12,156 nt of DNA from an uncultured archaeon. GTDB lineage: Archaea; Iainarchaeota; Iainarchaeia; Iainarchaeales; CSSED10-239. The position numbers and the translations under genes were made by a program. Under the pieces are notes generated by a model, which was not told where the DNA came from, did no database searches, and was given only the letters and a program-made list of their open reading frames with translations. This document shows, one piece after another, positions 5,708 to 12,156 of this stretch (its first letter is position 1; each line of letters opens with the position of its first letter). The DNA is taken from positions 1 to 12,156 of the forward strand of contig CAYXAY010000021.1 of the NCBI GenBank assembly GCA_964463155.1, given 5' to 3'.

Positions 5708-6859
5708 ATGTTTATAAACTATTTTCTCTTATCTTTTGTTAATATGTCGCCTAAAGCAAAAGAGCAAGTAAAGATGCGTTCAATAAAGGCAAGTATGCCT
5801 TTAGAAAAAACAGATAAAACAAAGAGAACAGACACAAAACTACAACAACTCTCTGTCTCCAATCCAGAAACAAAGACAGAAATATCAAAAAAGATTACAA
5901 AAAAAAACCCATTGGCATTAAAAGAAATATTATATTCAATTTCAAAATTTATTGCAGGAATTCCGGGTTTTTTTGCTAATTTCTTAAACTCGTCCAGTAG
6001 AGAAATTTACTATGCAATACTTGGAACAATGCTTAGTTTTGTGTTTGCAATACTATTGTTTCCAAACAATCCAGGAATCTTTTCTGTATTTTTCTTAACA
6101 ATTTTCTTAGCTCCATTTGTCATCAAAGAAATAAACCTTAATGTCTTACTTATTGGAAGAACACAAAAGGTAGAAGAAAAAGGAGTGTCTTTAACACACC
6201 TTAAAGTAAAAGAGCCAAGCACATTTTTTATTTCTGATTTCTATCATGAGAACAAGAGGTTGTTATCAATTTATTTTTTCTTTTTTCTAGGAATAATGTT
6301 AGTGGTTATAGCCCTAATAGCATTACTGCCAATAGACTACTCAGCACAGCTATTTAGCCAACAGGGTTGGAACAATTTCTTGATGCCTGCAAGAAACATA
6401 GGGTTTGAAGGACTGAACAAGGTCCCTCTGTTTATAGACATATTAAGGAACAATTTTTCAGTAATGCTTGTTTGTTTTGTAGTTGCATTGGTTTTTCCGT
6501 TAGGTGCGCTATTGATGATCGTATGGAATGCAATGTATTGGGCGGTTTCTTTTACTCAATATGCATTGTTTTATAGCAAGGAATATAGTGTAAACTTGCT
6601 ACATATCTTGATACCTTTACTTCTTAGTGTGTCTTTTCACACAATAATAGAAGCGATATGTTATTTCTTTGCAGCAATGGCGGGAACTATGCTTGCCACA
6701 GGCATAAGAAAAGAAAAGATAGATTCAGATAGATTTTTTTATATCTTTAAATACAGCATAATATTGTTAGTCTTTTCAATAACATTTCTATTGTTTGGGA
6801 CATTTGTAGAAGTGTTCTTGTTTGATGGAATAAAAAACTTCTTTTTTAGTTTGTTTTAA
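5708..6859 (+). CDS. Multi-pass membrane protein, SpoIIM/DUF95-like
   Basis: ILRNNFSVMLVCFVVALVFPLGALLMIVWNAMYWAVSF and LLLSVSFHTIIEAICYFFAAMAGTML resemble the NN...G...NG...G and PHGxxExxA...G blocks of the stage II sporulation protein M / DUF95 family. ATG 5708 directly follows the nuclease stop (TAAATG). An alternative in-frame start is ATG 5744 (MSPKAKEQ...). Confidence 0.5.
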   Translation: MFINYFLLSFVNMSPKAKEQVKMRSIKASMPLEKTDKTKRTDTKLQQLSVSNPETKTEISKKITKKNPLALKEILYSISKFIAGIPGFFANFLNSSSREIYYAILGTMLSFVFAILLFPNNPGIFSVFFLTIFLAPFVIKEINLNVLLIGRTQKVEEKGVSLTHLKVKEPSTFFISDFYHENKRLLSIYFFFFLGIMLVVIALIALLPIDYSAQLFSQQGWNNFLMPARNIGFEGLNKVPLFIDILRNNFSVMLVCFVVALVFPLGALLMIVWNAMYWAVSFTQYALFYSKEYSVNLLHILIPLLLSVSFHTIIEAICYFFAAMAGTMLATGIRKEKIDSDRFFYIFKYSIILLVFSITFLLFGTFVEVFLFDGIKNFFFSLF

Positions 6860-6911
6860 ATACCTTTATATTTCTTTTTTTTCATAAATATATAGATTTG
6901 GAGGAATAATT

Positions 6912-7964
6912 ATGTCAAGTAAGAAAAATCAAGAAGAAAGTTTTGTTAGTTCCCACTCTAAGAAAAAGATATTGGTTTGGCAACTAATAAGCGCAGTATT
7001 ATTCATGGCATTAATCATTGCCATATTATTGGCAATTTCAAATAAGTCAATGACAGGAAATATTGTTTTAGCAAAAGAAAACGTCAATTCAAAGGTAGTT
7101 AATGATTCTATTTTTTTTATAAAAACAGAATTTAATATTGAAGACATAACAATAAAGGAGACAAAAGTTGTTGATGGTCTTTATGAGATAACTGTTCTAA
7201 TAAACAAGCAGGAAATGCAGATATATACAACACCATCTGGAGAGAATCTGATAATTCCAGGACTTGGACTACTAAACAAAAAAGAATATTTAGAACAGAA
7301 AAAGACAAGTACCACTGCACAAACACAAACTCAAGCAGAAATACCAAAAACAGACAAGCCAAAGGTTGAAGTTTTTGTAATGTCCCATTGTCCATACGGA
7401 ACGCAAATGAAGAAAGGATTGATTCCTGTTATTGAGACATTAGGCGACAAGGCAGATATAGAAATAAAGTTTGTTGACTATGCAATGCAGGGGAAAATAG
7501 AGATTGACGAACAATTAAACCAGTATTGTATAAACAAGGAAGAACCAAAAAAATTTATTCCTTATTTACAGTGTTTCCTTGAAGCTGGAAAAGGAACTGA
7601 ATGTTTAGTTACTGCAAATATCGACAGTACAAAACTAAACTCTTGCATTTCAGAGACAAACGAAGAATTTAAGATTACAGAATTGTTAAATGACAAATCC
7701 ACTTGGAGTGGTGGAAGATTCCCTCAATTTAATGTTCACAAAACAGAAAATGATTTGTATGGAATACAAGGTTCTCCAACAACAGTCATTAACGGCGTAA
7801 AAGTAGACTCCATGCCAAGAAACTCAGCAGGAATATTATCAATAATATGTTCAAGCTTTACAACACAGCCAAACGAATGTCAAACAAAGCTTGACAGCAC
7901 ACAACCAAGCCCTGGCTTTGGCTACGGCACATCAGCTCAGGCAACAAATGCAAGTTGTAGCTAG
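6912..7964 (+). CDS. Membrane-anchored extracytoplasmic thioredoxin-fold (DsbA/GILT-like) protein with a CPYG motif
   Basis: A strong SD (GGAGG, 6900-6904) lies 7 nt before the ATG. There is an N-terminal TM anchor (ILVWQLISAVLFMALIIAILLAI) and a Thr/Gln-rich linker. This is followed by VEVFVMSHCPYGTQ...IEIKFVDYA...YCINKE...YLQCF...GIQGSPTTVINGVKV, which resembles DsbA-like folds with an active-site Cys after beta1 and a cis-Pro-type G-S-P-T block before the last strand. Confidence 0.5.
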   Translation: MSSKKNQEESFVSSHSKKKILVWQLISAVLFMALIIAILLAISNKSMTGNIVLAKENVNSKVVNDSIFFIKTEFNIEDITIKETKVVDGLYEITVLINKQEMQIYTTPSGENLIIPGLGLLNKKEYLEQKKTSTTAQTQTQAEIPKTDKPKVEVFVMSHCPYGTQMKKGLIPVIETLGDKADIEIKFVDYAMQGKIEIDEQLNQYCINKEEPKKFIPYLQCFLEAGKGTECLVTANIDSTKLNSCISETNEEFKITELLNDKSTWSGGRFPQFNVHKTENDLYGIQGSPTTVINGVKVDSMPRNSAGILSIICSSFTTQPNECQTKLDSTQPSPGFGYGTSAQATNASCS

Positions 7965-7981
7965 ATACAACTTATTTTCTA

Positions 7982-7990
7982 TTTTTTTTT
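7982..7990 (+). terminator. Oligo-T tract (T9), possible archaeal-type terminator for the 6912-7964 gene
   Basis: A run of nine T begins 18 nt after the TAG stop, between convergent genes. Oligo-T is the known archaeal termination signal, but T runs are common in this composition. Confidence 0.3.
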
Positions 7991-8085
7991 CTTTCCAAAC
8001 AACTGTTCAAGTGCTTCTTCTAGCGCAATGTTGTTTTTTTTGTAAAGTCCAGAATCAGTAATCTTAAGGTATCTTTTCTAATTGT

Positions 8086-9069
8086 TCAAGGATTTTTTGT
8101 ATATGTTCTAACAATAATTTCTGTAGGATTATAGTTTGTCTTAAATGCCTTAAACTTTAATGTTGTAGTTTTAGTAACTATTATTGGAGACTCATAAAGA
8201 TTTGATTCTTCAGTTGGTTCTTTTCCATTGGTTGTGTAATAAATTTTACCGTAAGGATCAACTGTTGCAATAACCTCTAAGCCTTCTTCAAAGCTTTGGT
8301 CTTCAGGCATCACAGTAAATGAATTAAAGTTATATAGAACTTTAGAATAATTCCCGATAGCAACAGCACTTGGAAAATATCCATTTGCATAGCCTCGCGC
8401 TTTTATCATTGTGCTATTGGTTATTGTTATTGGTTCAGTATATAATGTTGATTCAGTTGTGGGCTCTGTTCCATCAGTAGTGTAATATACATTTGCAGTA
8501 TCTGGATTAGCAGTGATTGTTATTGCTTGTTCGTTAAGAAACATAGCAAATCTAGGAAGAATACTAACAGATACTGCCCCCCTTATCTGTATGATTGACA
8601 AACTGGATATTCCATCAATAATGCTTTGTAATTTTACTTCCAATGTTGCCTTGCTATTAACAATTAACGATTCATTTAAATCAATAATTCCCGAAAGATA
8701 AGATGTAAAAACCAAAAAACCATTTTCTTTTACAATTGCGACATTTCCATAGTTGCTATCTTTAAAATTGCTAAATGAGTTAGATGATATCTTTTGCTTT
8801 ATTGTTATGGTGTCTAAATCTTTGTCAAATATAATCTCATCAATTGCGTCAATGTTGATATTTTTATAACTGTTAATATCATAGTTTCTTAACTCTACAA
8901 ATTCTTTGTTTAACAAAAAGATATTTTCCTTGTTTTGTCTATAATGTATTTGTTCTTTTAAAGAAGAAACATATGGTGCAACAAAGCCAATAATGACAAC
9001 CATTGCAACTATAGATAATAATAATATCATAATGCTAGTAAATATAACACTTGATCCTTTACTATTCAT
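8086..9069 (-). CDS. Pilin-like (class III signal peptide) protein with two tandem CHB_HEX_C-type repeats; putative adhesin
   Basis: The N-terminus (MNSKG/SSVIFTSIMILLLSIVAMVVIIGFV) is a short basic leader ending in K-G followed by a hydrophobic helix. The C-terminal part has two ~50-aa repeats (NVYYTTDGTEPTTESTLYTEPITITNSTMIKARGYANGYFPS and KIYYTTNGKEPTEESNLYESPIIVTKTTTLKFKAFKTNYNPT) that fit the chitobiase/beta-hexosaminidase C-terminal domain consensus (IYYTTDGSTPT..S..Y..PI.I...T.IKA.A). Confidence 0.6.
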   Translation of the reverse strand: MNSKGSSVIFTSIMILLLSIVAMVVIIGFVAPYVSSLKEQIHYRQNKENIFLLNKEFVELRNYDINSYKNINIDAIDEIIFDKDLDTITIKQKISSNSFSNFKDSNYGNVAIVKENGFLVFTSYLSGIIDLNESLIVNSKATLEVKLQSIIDGISSLSIIQIRGAVSVSILPRFAMFLNEQAITITANPDTANVYYTTDGTEPTTESTLYTEPITITNSTMIKARGYANGYFPSAVAIGNYSKVLYNFNSFTVMPEDQSFEEGLEVIATVDPYGKIYYTTNGKEPTEESNLYESPIIVTKTTTLKFKAFKTNYNPTEIIVRTYTKNP

Positions 9070-9072
9070 TAA

Positions 9073-9603
9073 TTACCCACTTTTATATACATTAATCAAT
9101 ATGTTGTCGTTTTCTTCATCGTATTCGTTATAGCTAATAGTGACTCTATTTTTTCCTTTTGTTAATTCCAATGATTTATTTTCTCTAGCCAGGTATTCAT
9201 AATTACAATCTAATTTTAGTCTTGTGTAATTATTCAAACGATATTCAAAATGTATTTTATTTTGACTTAAGTATGTGATGATGTCTTCTATTGCCACAGG
9301 TTCTGACTTATATTCTTCTTTATAATCCACTTCTCCAATAATCTTATTATTATTACAATCTATGATTATTTCTCCGGGATTGTTAATTGTTAGTTCAATT
9401 GTTTTCTTGTCCACAACAACATCTTCAACAGCGGTTTTAAATTTAATAAAATCATTTAACATGGTTTTGTAATTTCCTCTGTCCCTTGTACTTGTTATTA
9501 ATGTTATTGCTGAAGGAATCACAATTGCAAGAACAGCAACAGATAAAAGTATGTAAATCATGACTGTGATAATTGTTGCAAGTCCTTTTTGATTTAGTTT
9601 CAC
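9073..9603 (-). CDS. Pilin-like protein with a class III signal peptide
   Basis: The N-terminus is MKLNQKG/LATIITVMIYILLSVAVLAIVIP. It lies 3 nt upstream of the 8086-9069 gene and directly abuts the 9604-10149 gene, giving operon-like packing. Confidence 0.55.
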   Translation of the reverse strand: MKLNQKGLATIITVMIYILLSVAVLAIVIPSAITLITSTRDRGNYKTMLNDFIKFKTAVEDVVVDKKTIELTINNPGEIIIDCNNNKIIGEVDYKEEYKSEPVAIEDIITYLSQNKIHFEYRLNNYTRLKLDCNYEYLARENKSLELTKGKNRVTISYNEYDEENDNILINVYKSG

Positions 9604-10149
9604 TTATTCACCATCATAAACATATTTTTTTTGAGTATTTGGGTCTATTCCTGTCTCATTATCAATTTGCGCCTGTATTTGATTTTGAGATATTTTCTTT
9701 AAGATAATTGTGGTGTTTTCCATATTATTTAAAGTGTAGTTTCTAATCAGATCAATATTTTCTAACAAAAACCCAGAACAGACTTTTTGCCCAAATCTAT
9801 AAGTATATTTTCCCTGTTCTTCATCTATTCTTTTTCCATCATCAAAGAATTTTAGAAATTTACCAATAAAGCAAACTTCAATTATGTTTCCCTCTCCATT
9901 AACATCCAAAGTTAATTCATTTAACGAAATGTTTATTCCTTTGCTTGAATCGATTGGAAGAGAATATACTTCCCGAATGCCATTAAAAATTTTGTCTCTT
10001 ACTCTTATGGAGTTGTCAAAATTTATCTTTTCTTGATTTTTGGATATTTCTGGCAATAATCCCCCAATAATAAGACCCACAACTATGATTACAACAAGCA
10101 GAATTAAGATTGTGCTAATTATCTCAGAGACCCCTTTGTTTGTTTTCAT
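9604..10149 (-). CDS. Archaeal-type pilin-like protein with a class III signal peptide
   Basis: The N-terminus (MKTNKG/VSEIISTILILLVVIIVVGLIIG) closely resembles the archaeal pilin/archaellin N-terminal domain pattern ([KR]G-VS-x-[VI]I-x-T-[IV]-L-L). It is the first gene of the three-gene minus-strand cluster. Confidence 0.6.
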   Translation of the reverse strand: MKTNKGVSEIISTILILLVVIIVVGLIIGGLLPEISKNQEKINFDNSIRVRDKIFNGIREVYSLPIDSSKGINISLNELTLDVNGEGNIIEVCFIGKFLKFFDDGKRIDEEQGKYTYRFGQKVCSGFLLENIDLIRNYTLNNMENTTIILKKISQNQIQAQIDNETGIDPNTQKKYVYDGE

Positions 10150-10212
10150 CTATAATATATAATATATTTAGTATTTTAAATGTTTTGTATATTAATTATT
10201 ATAGAGACTAAT

Positions 10213-10285
10213 GGTCCGAATTGTGTAGTGGTTAGCATCGGGGACTGTGGACCCCCGGGCCCGGGTTCGAATCCCGGTTCGGACC
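10213..10285 (+). tRNA. tRNA-His (anticodon GTG) with a genomically encoded G-1
   Basis: Manual fold. G-1 is at 10213. The acceptor is GTCCGAA/TTCGGAC and the D arm GTGT-AGTGGTTA-GCAT. The anticodon arm is GGGGA-CTGTGGA-CCCCC (loop C-U-GUG-G-A, with one A:C mismatch at the stem end). The T arm is CCGGG-TTCGAAT-CCCGG and the discriminator is C 10285, which pairs with G-1. No encoded CCA. Confidence 0.9.
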
Positions 10286-10302
10286 TATTAAAAAGGGATT
10301 TT

Positions 10303-10602
10303 ATGAAATTAAAAAATATATTAATAATAATTGTAATTCTTATAGCTATTATTGCAATAATTGTTGTTTACTTTTACAGTTCTAACTTGAAATCTTCATG
10401 TAATCAGTTGGCATTGCCTGGCGGATACACTTGTACAAATTTTAAGGTTGTTAAAGTTCTTGAAGGAACAAACTGTAAAGATTACAGGGATTGTACAAAT
10501 CTTTTGCCTATAGAATATGCAGTAATGTCAAACTGTCCATATAAATCAATATGCTTAGCAGACAAATGCACTGTTGTTTGTCCAGATAAAGTATCCAAAT
10601 AA
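10303..10602 (+). CDS. Small signal-anchored or secreted Cys-rich protein
   Basis: The track ORF 10180-10602 runs through tRNA-His, so the internal ATG 10303 is the credible start (MKLKNILIIIVILIAIIAIIVVYFYSS...). Eight Cys lie in the ~70-aa mature part (CNQ...CTN...CKDYRDC...CPYKSIC...CTVVC). A GGGA lies 7 nt upstream of the ATG. Confidence 0.55.
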   Translation: MKLKNILIIIVILIAIIAIIVVYFYSSNLKSSCNQLALPGGYTCTNFKVVKVLEGTNCKDYRDCTNLLPIEYAVMSNCPYKSICLADKCTVVCPDKVSK

Positions 10603-10606
10603 CTTT

Positions 10607-10680
<74 letters not shown>

Positions 10681-10700
10681 GTCAATCTGTTTGTAGTGAA

Positions 10701-11510
10701 TTGTCTGTGGTTTCGCTTGTGGAGTGGAAGGACGCACTTTTAACAAAGAATTATTCGCCAGACTATAGAAAACAGCTAATCGCCAAATTAACTCTAATTT
10801 TTGAAAAACATACGTATACTTTCCCTGAGCTACTAGAAGTCTTAACTAAGAAAAAGGACCTAATCAACTCAAGTGAAAGAACAATAAAGCTTGTAAGGTC
10901 TATCCTTAACCATTGTGAGGACAAAGAACTATTAACCGACCAACAACTAGCAATACTTAGAAAGAAACTCAAGAACAAAGGCTCAGACCCAGACAACTAT
11001 GTTCCTACAGACCAAGAAGTGCAAACAACTCTTTCAAAGCTATCAGCTAATAGTAGATTAGTGTACCTTGTGTATCTAGTGTCGGGTATAAGGAAGGTAG
11101 AAGGCAAATATCTGCTACAGAACCTAGACAAGCTAATGGTTCAAGAGAAAGAAGGCTTTGTTAAAATATCTATGAACTATCTAAGGCACAATAAGAATAG
11201 TTATTTCTGCTATCTGCCTTTAGAAGTCTACAAAAAACTAAAGACCACAAACCAGTTATCAGTCAGTAGCTTAGAAAACGAGCTTAAACGTCATAAGCTA
11301 ATACCTGTCAAATACTGTAGAAAATGGTTCTACATCAAATGCATAGAACTAGGCATCCCTGATATCATAGCAGACTACTATCAAGGGCGTTCAGCTAACT
11401 CTGTAGGCTCTAATCATTATCTAAGTAGGCAAATGCTTGCAGACCAGAATTATGGAAAAATAATTGGTTATTTAAATAGTTTATTAGTATATATATATTG
11501 TAACACTTAG
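10701..11510 (+). CDS. Tyrosine recombinase/integrase, archaeal type, possibly the int(C) part of a partitioned SSV-type integrase
   Basis: Catalytic-type residues appear in the expected order and spacing: SGIRKVEG (Arg), KYCRKWF (KxxR in place of HxxR), YYQGRS (Arg in place of His/Trp), and SNHY (Tyr 10 residues later). There is no ATG before residue 146, and the track start is TTG 10701. The frame stays open upstream to TAG 10614-10616 inside tRNA-Thr. Confidence 0.75.
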   Translation: MSVVSLVEWKDALLTKNYSPDYRKQLIAKLTLIFEKHTYTFPELLEVLTKKKDLINSSERTIKLVRSILNHCEDKELLTDQQLAILRKKLKNKGSDPDNYVPTDQEVQTTLSKLSANSRLVYLVYLVSGIRKVEGKYLLQNLDKLMVQEKEGFVKISMNYLRHNKNSYFCYLPLEVYKKLKTTNQLSVSSLENELKRHKLIPVKYCRKWFYIKCIELGIPDIIADYYQGRSANSVGSNHYLSRQMLADQNYGKIIGYLNSLLVYIYCNT

Positions 11511-11534
11511 AATTTTAAATTAAAAGGGATGTGA

Positions 11535-11804
11535 ATGGATTCCGACATTAACTCACAATTAAATAATAATAATCCAATTATTGTAATTGAAAAATCAATT
11601 CCCAATGAATCGCGGGCCATTAATTTATCATTATACTTGGCAAATCAATCAGCATATAAAAACAAAATAATATTTACTACTGAAGAAGCAAATAATTATG
11701 ATAAAAACACATTTGAAATTTTAACTGATATAAAAGATTTACGTCATTTAGAAAATTGTTTATTAATTAAATCCTCGGCAGTATACTGCACATTTATGTG
11801 CTGA
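11535..11804 (+). CDS. Hypothetical protein
   Basis: 89-aa ORF, Asn-rich at the N-terminus, co-directional with the integrase. A GGGA lies 5 nt upstream of the ATG. No family recognised. Confidence 0.35.
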   Translation: MDSDINSQLNNNNPIIVIEKSIPNESRAINLSLYLANQSAYKNKIIFTTEEANNYDKNTFEILTDIKDLRHLENCLLIKSSAVYCTFMC

Positions 11805-11857
11805 TGAATGCCGAATAAATATTTTTAAACTATTTCTACTATTACTCCTATAAAAAA

Positions 11858-11872
11858 AGCCGCTTCGCGGCT
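11858..11872. repeat. GC hairpin AGCCGC-TTC-GCGGCT, candidate IS200/IS605 left-end subterminal hairpin or terminator-like structure
   Basis: A perfect 6-bp GC-rich stem with a 3-nt loop, in AT-rich DNA 25 nt upstream of the tnpA ATG. It is flanked by A7 on the left, so on the minus strand it reads as a hairpin followed by T7. Confidence 0.4.
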
Positions 11873-11896
11873 ATAAAATATAGGAGTTGATCAATA

Positions 11897-12156
11897 ATGA
11901 CAGATTTATGTAGCTATCAGAATAAAAACATTTCGGATGCACGCCGAAACTCGTTTCACTTTGTTTTTGTTTCAAAATATAGATATAATACATTCCGTAG
12001 TGCATTTATAAGTGAAATAGTAAAAGACATTTTTAATGTTGTATCTCAAAAATATAACATAAAAATACACACACAAGAAACAGATGTTGATCATATACAT
12101 TTGTTTCTTGAATTACCAACGACTATGTGTGTGAAACAAGCAATCTGCTTGTTGAA
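11897..12156 (+). CDS. tnpA: IS200/IS605-family Y1 (HUH) transposase TnpA, 3' end outside the window
   Basis: This ORF is not in the track because it runs off the window. An AGGAG (11882-11886) lies 10 nt before ATG 11897. The translation MTDLCSYQNKNISDARRNSFHFVFVSKYRYNTFRSAFISEIVKDIFNVVSQKYNIKIHTQETDVDHIHLFLELPTTMCVKQAICLL matches the TnpA pattern (yHhVFvtKYRr..f...i...l..i....ei.e.e.d.DHVHLl...pp..s....v..lK), including the HUH motif (H-I-H). Confidence 0.85.
   Translation, partial: MTDLCSYQNKNISDARRNSFHFVFVSKYRYNTFRSAFISEIVKDIFNVVSQKYNIKIHTQETDVDHIHLFLELPTTMCVKQAICLL

Larger units (their letters stand above)
10681..12156. mobile_element. Left part of a putative integrated element inserted at tRNA-Thr; right end outside the window
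   Basis: A tyrosine integrase starts 21 nt after the tRNA-Thr 3' end. It is visibly more GC-rich than flanking DNA (by eye). It is followed by an orphan ORF and an IS200/IS605-type transposase. No second copy of the tRNA 3' end (attR) was seen in the window. Confidence 0.5.

Noticed and set aside
6010-6222. 70-aa minus-strand ORF
   Set aside because: It is antisense to the SpoIIM-like membrane protein and has no motif support.
6929-7395. Two minus-strand ORFs (6929-7147 and 7132-7395)
   Set aside because: Both are antisense to the thioredoxin-fold gene, which has a strong GGAGG ribosome-binding site and recognisable motifs.
7991-8085. Minus-strand frame downstream of the pilin-like gene's stop, reading KRYLKITDSGLYKKNNIALEEALEQLFGKKKK* and looking like a protein C-terminus
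   Set aside because: The stretch is only ~32 codons, bounded upstream by a stop, with no start codon. It could be a gene remnant, but that cannot be supported from this window.
8513-8701. 62-aa plus-strand ORF
   Set aside because: It is antisense to the pilin-like/CHB_HEX_C gene.
10150-10212. TATA-like boxes for the pilin operon (minus strand) and tRNA-His (plus strand) in the 63-nt divergent spacer
   Set aside because: The spacer is almost pure A/T (TATAATATATAATATATTTAGTATTTTAAATG...). Many overlapping TATA-like matches exist and none can be singled out without transcript-start data.
10180-10302. N-terminal 41 codons of track ORF 10180-10602
   Set aside because: This stretch runs straight through tRNA-His (10213-10285). 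The peptide GPNCVVVSIGDCGPPGPGSNPGSD is simply the translated tRNA. The real start is ATG 10303.
10763-10996. 77-aa minus-strand ORF
   Set aside because: It is antisense to the integrase and Ser/Leu-rich, as expected of a shadow frame.

Overview
The window is very AT-rich and is probably from a small-genome, DPANN-like archaeon. That placement is an inference from three genes with archaeal class III (prepilin-type) signal peptides, a tRNA-Thr with a U discriminator, and an archaeal-style tyrosine integrase lying against a tRNA. No searches were run.

Gene order, left to right:
- Two tandem RelE/ParE-like toxin-antitoxin modules. The first is intact and the second is decayed by frameshifts and nonsense codons.
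- Two small membrane proteins with no recognisable family.
- A tightly packed minus-strand cassette of a KilA-N protein, a YhcG/DUF1016 PD-(D/E)XK nuclease and RadC. Only RadC looks intact; the YhcG-like gene carries two in-frame stops.
- A divergent intergenic region holding a 155-nt nested inverted repeat with a GC-rich island.
- A solo Cas4/RecB-like Fe-S PD-(D/E)XK nuclease that abuts a SpoIIM/DUF95-like membrane protein.
- A membrane-anchored thioredoxin-fold protein.
- A three-gene minus-strand operon of pilin-like proteins. One has two chitobiase/hexosaminidase C-terminal-type (CHB_HEX_C) repeats.
- tRNA-His(GTG), a small Cys-rich secreted protein, and tRNA-Thr(GGT).
- Directly after tRNA-Thr, the start of an apparent integrated element: a tyrosine integrase with no ATG start, whose frame stays open back through the tRNA, plus a small ORF and a partial IS200/IS605-type TnpA preceded by a GC hairpin.

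No CRISPR array or rRNA was seen. All family assignments come from motif recognition by eye.
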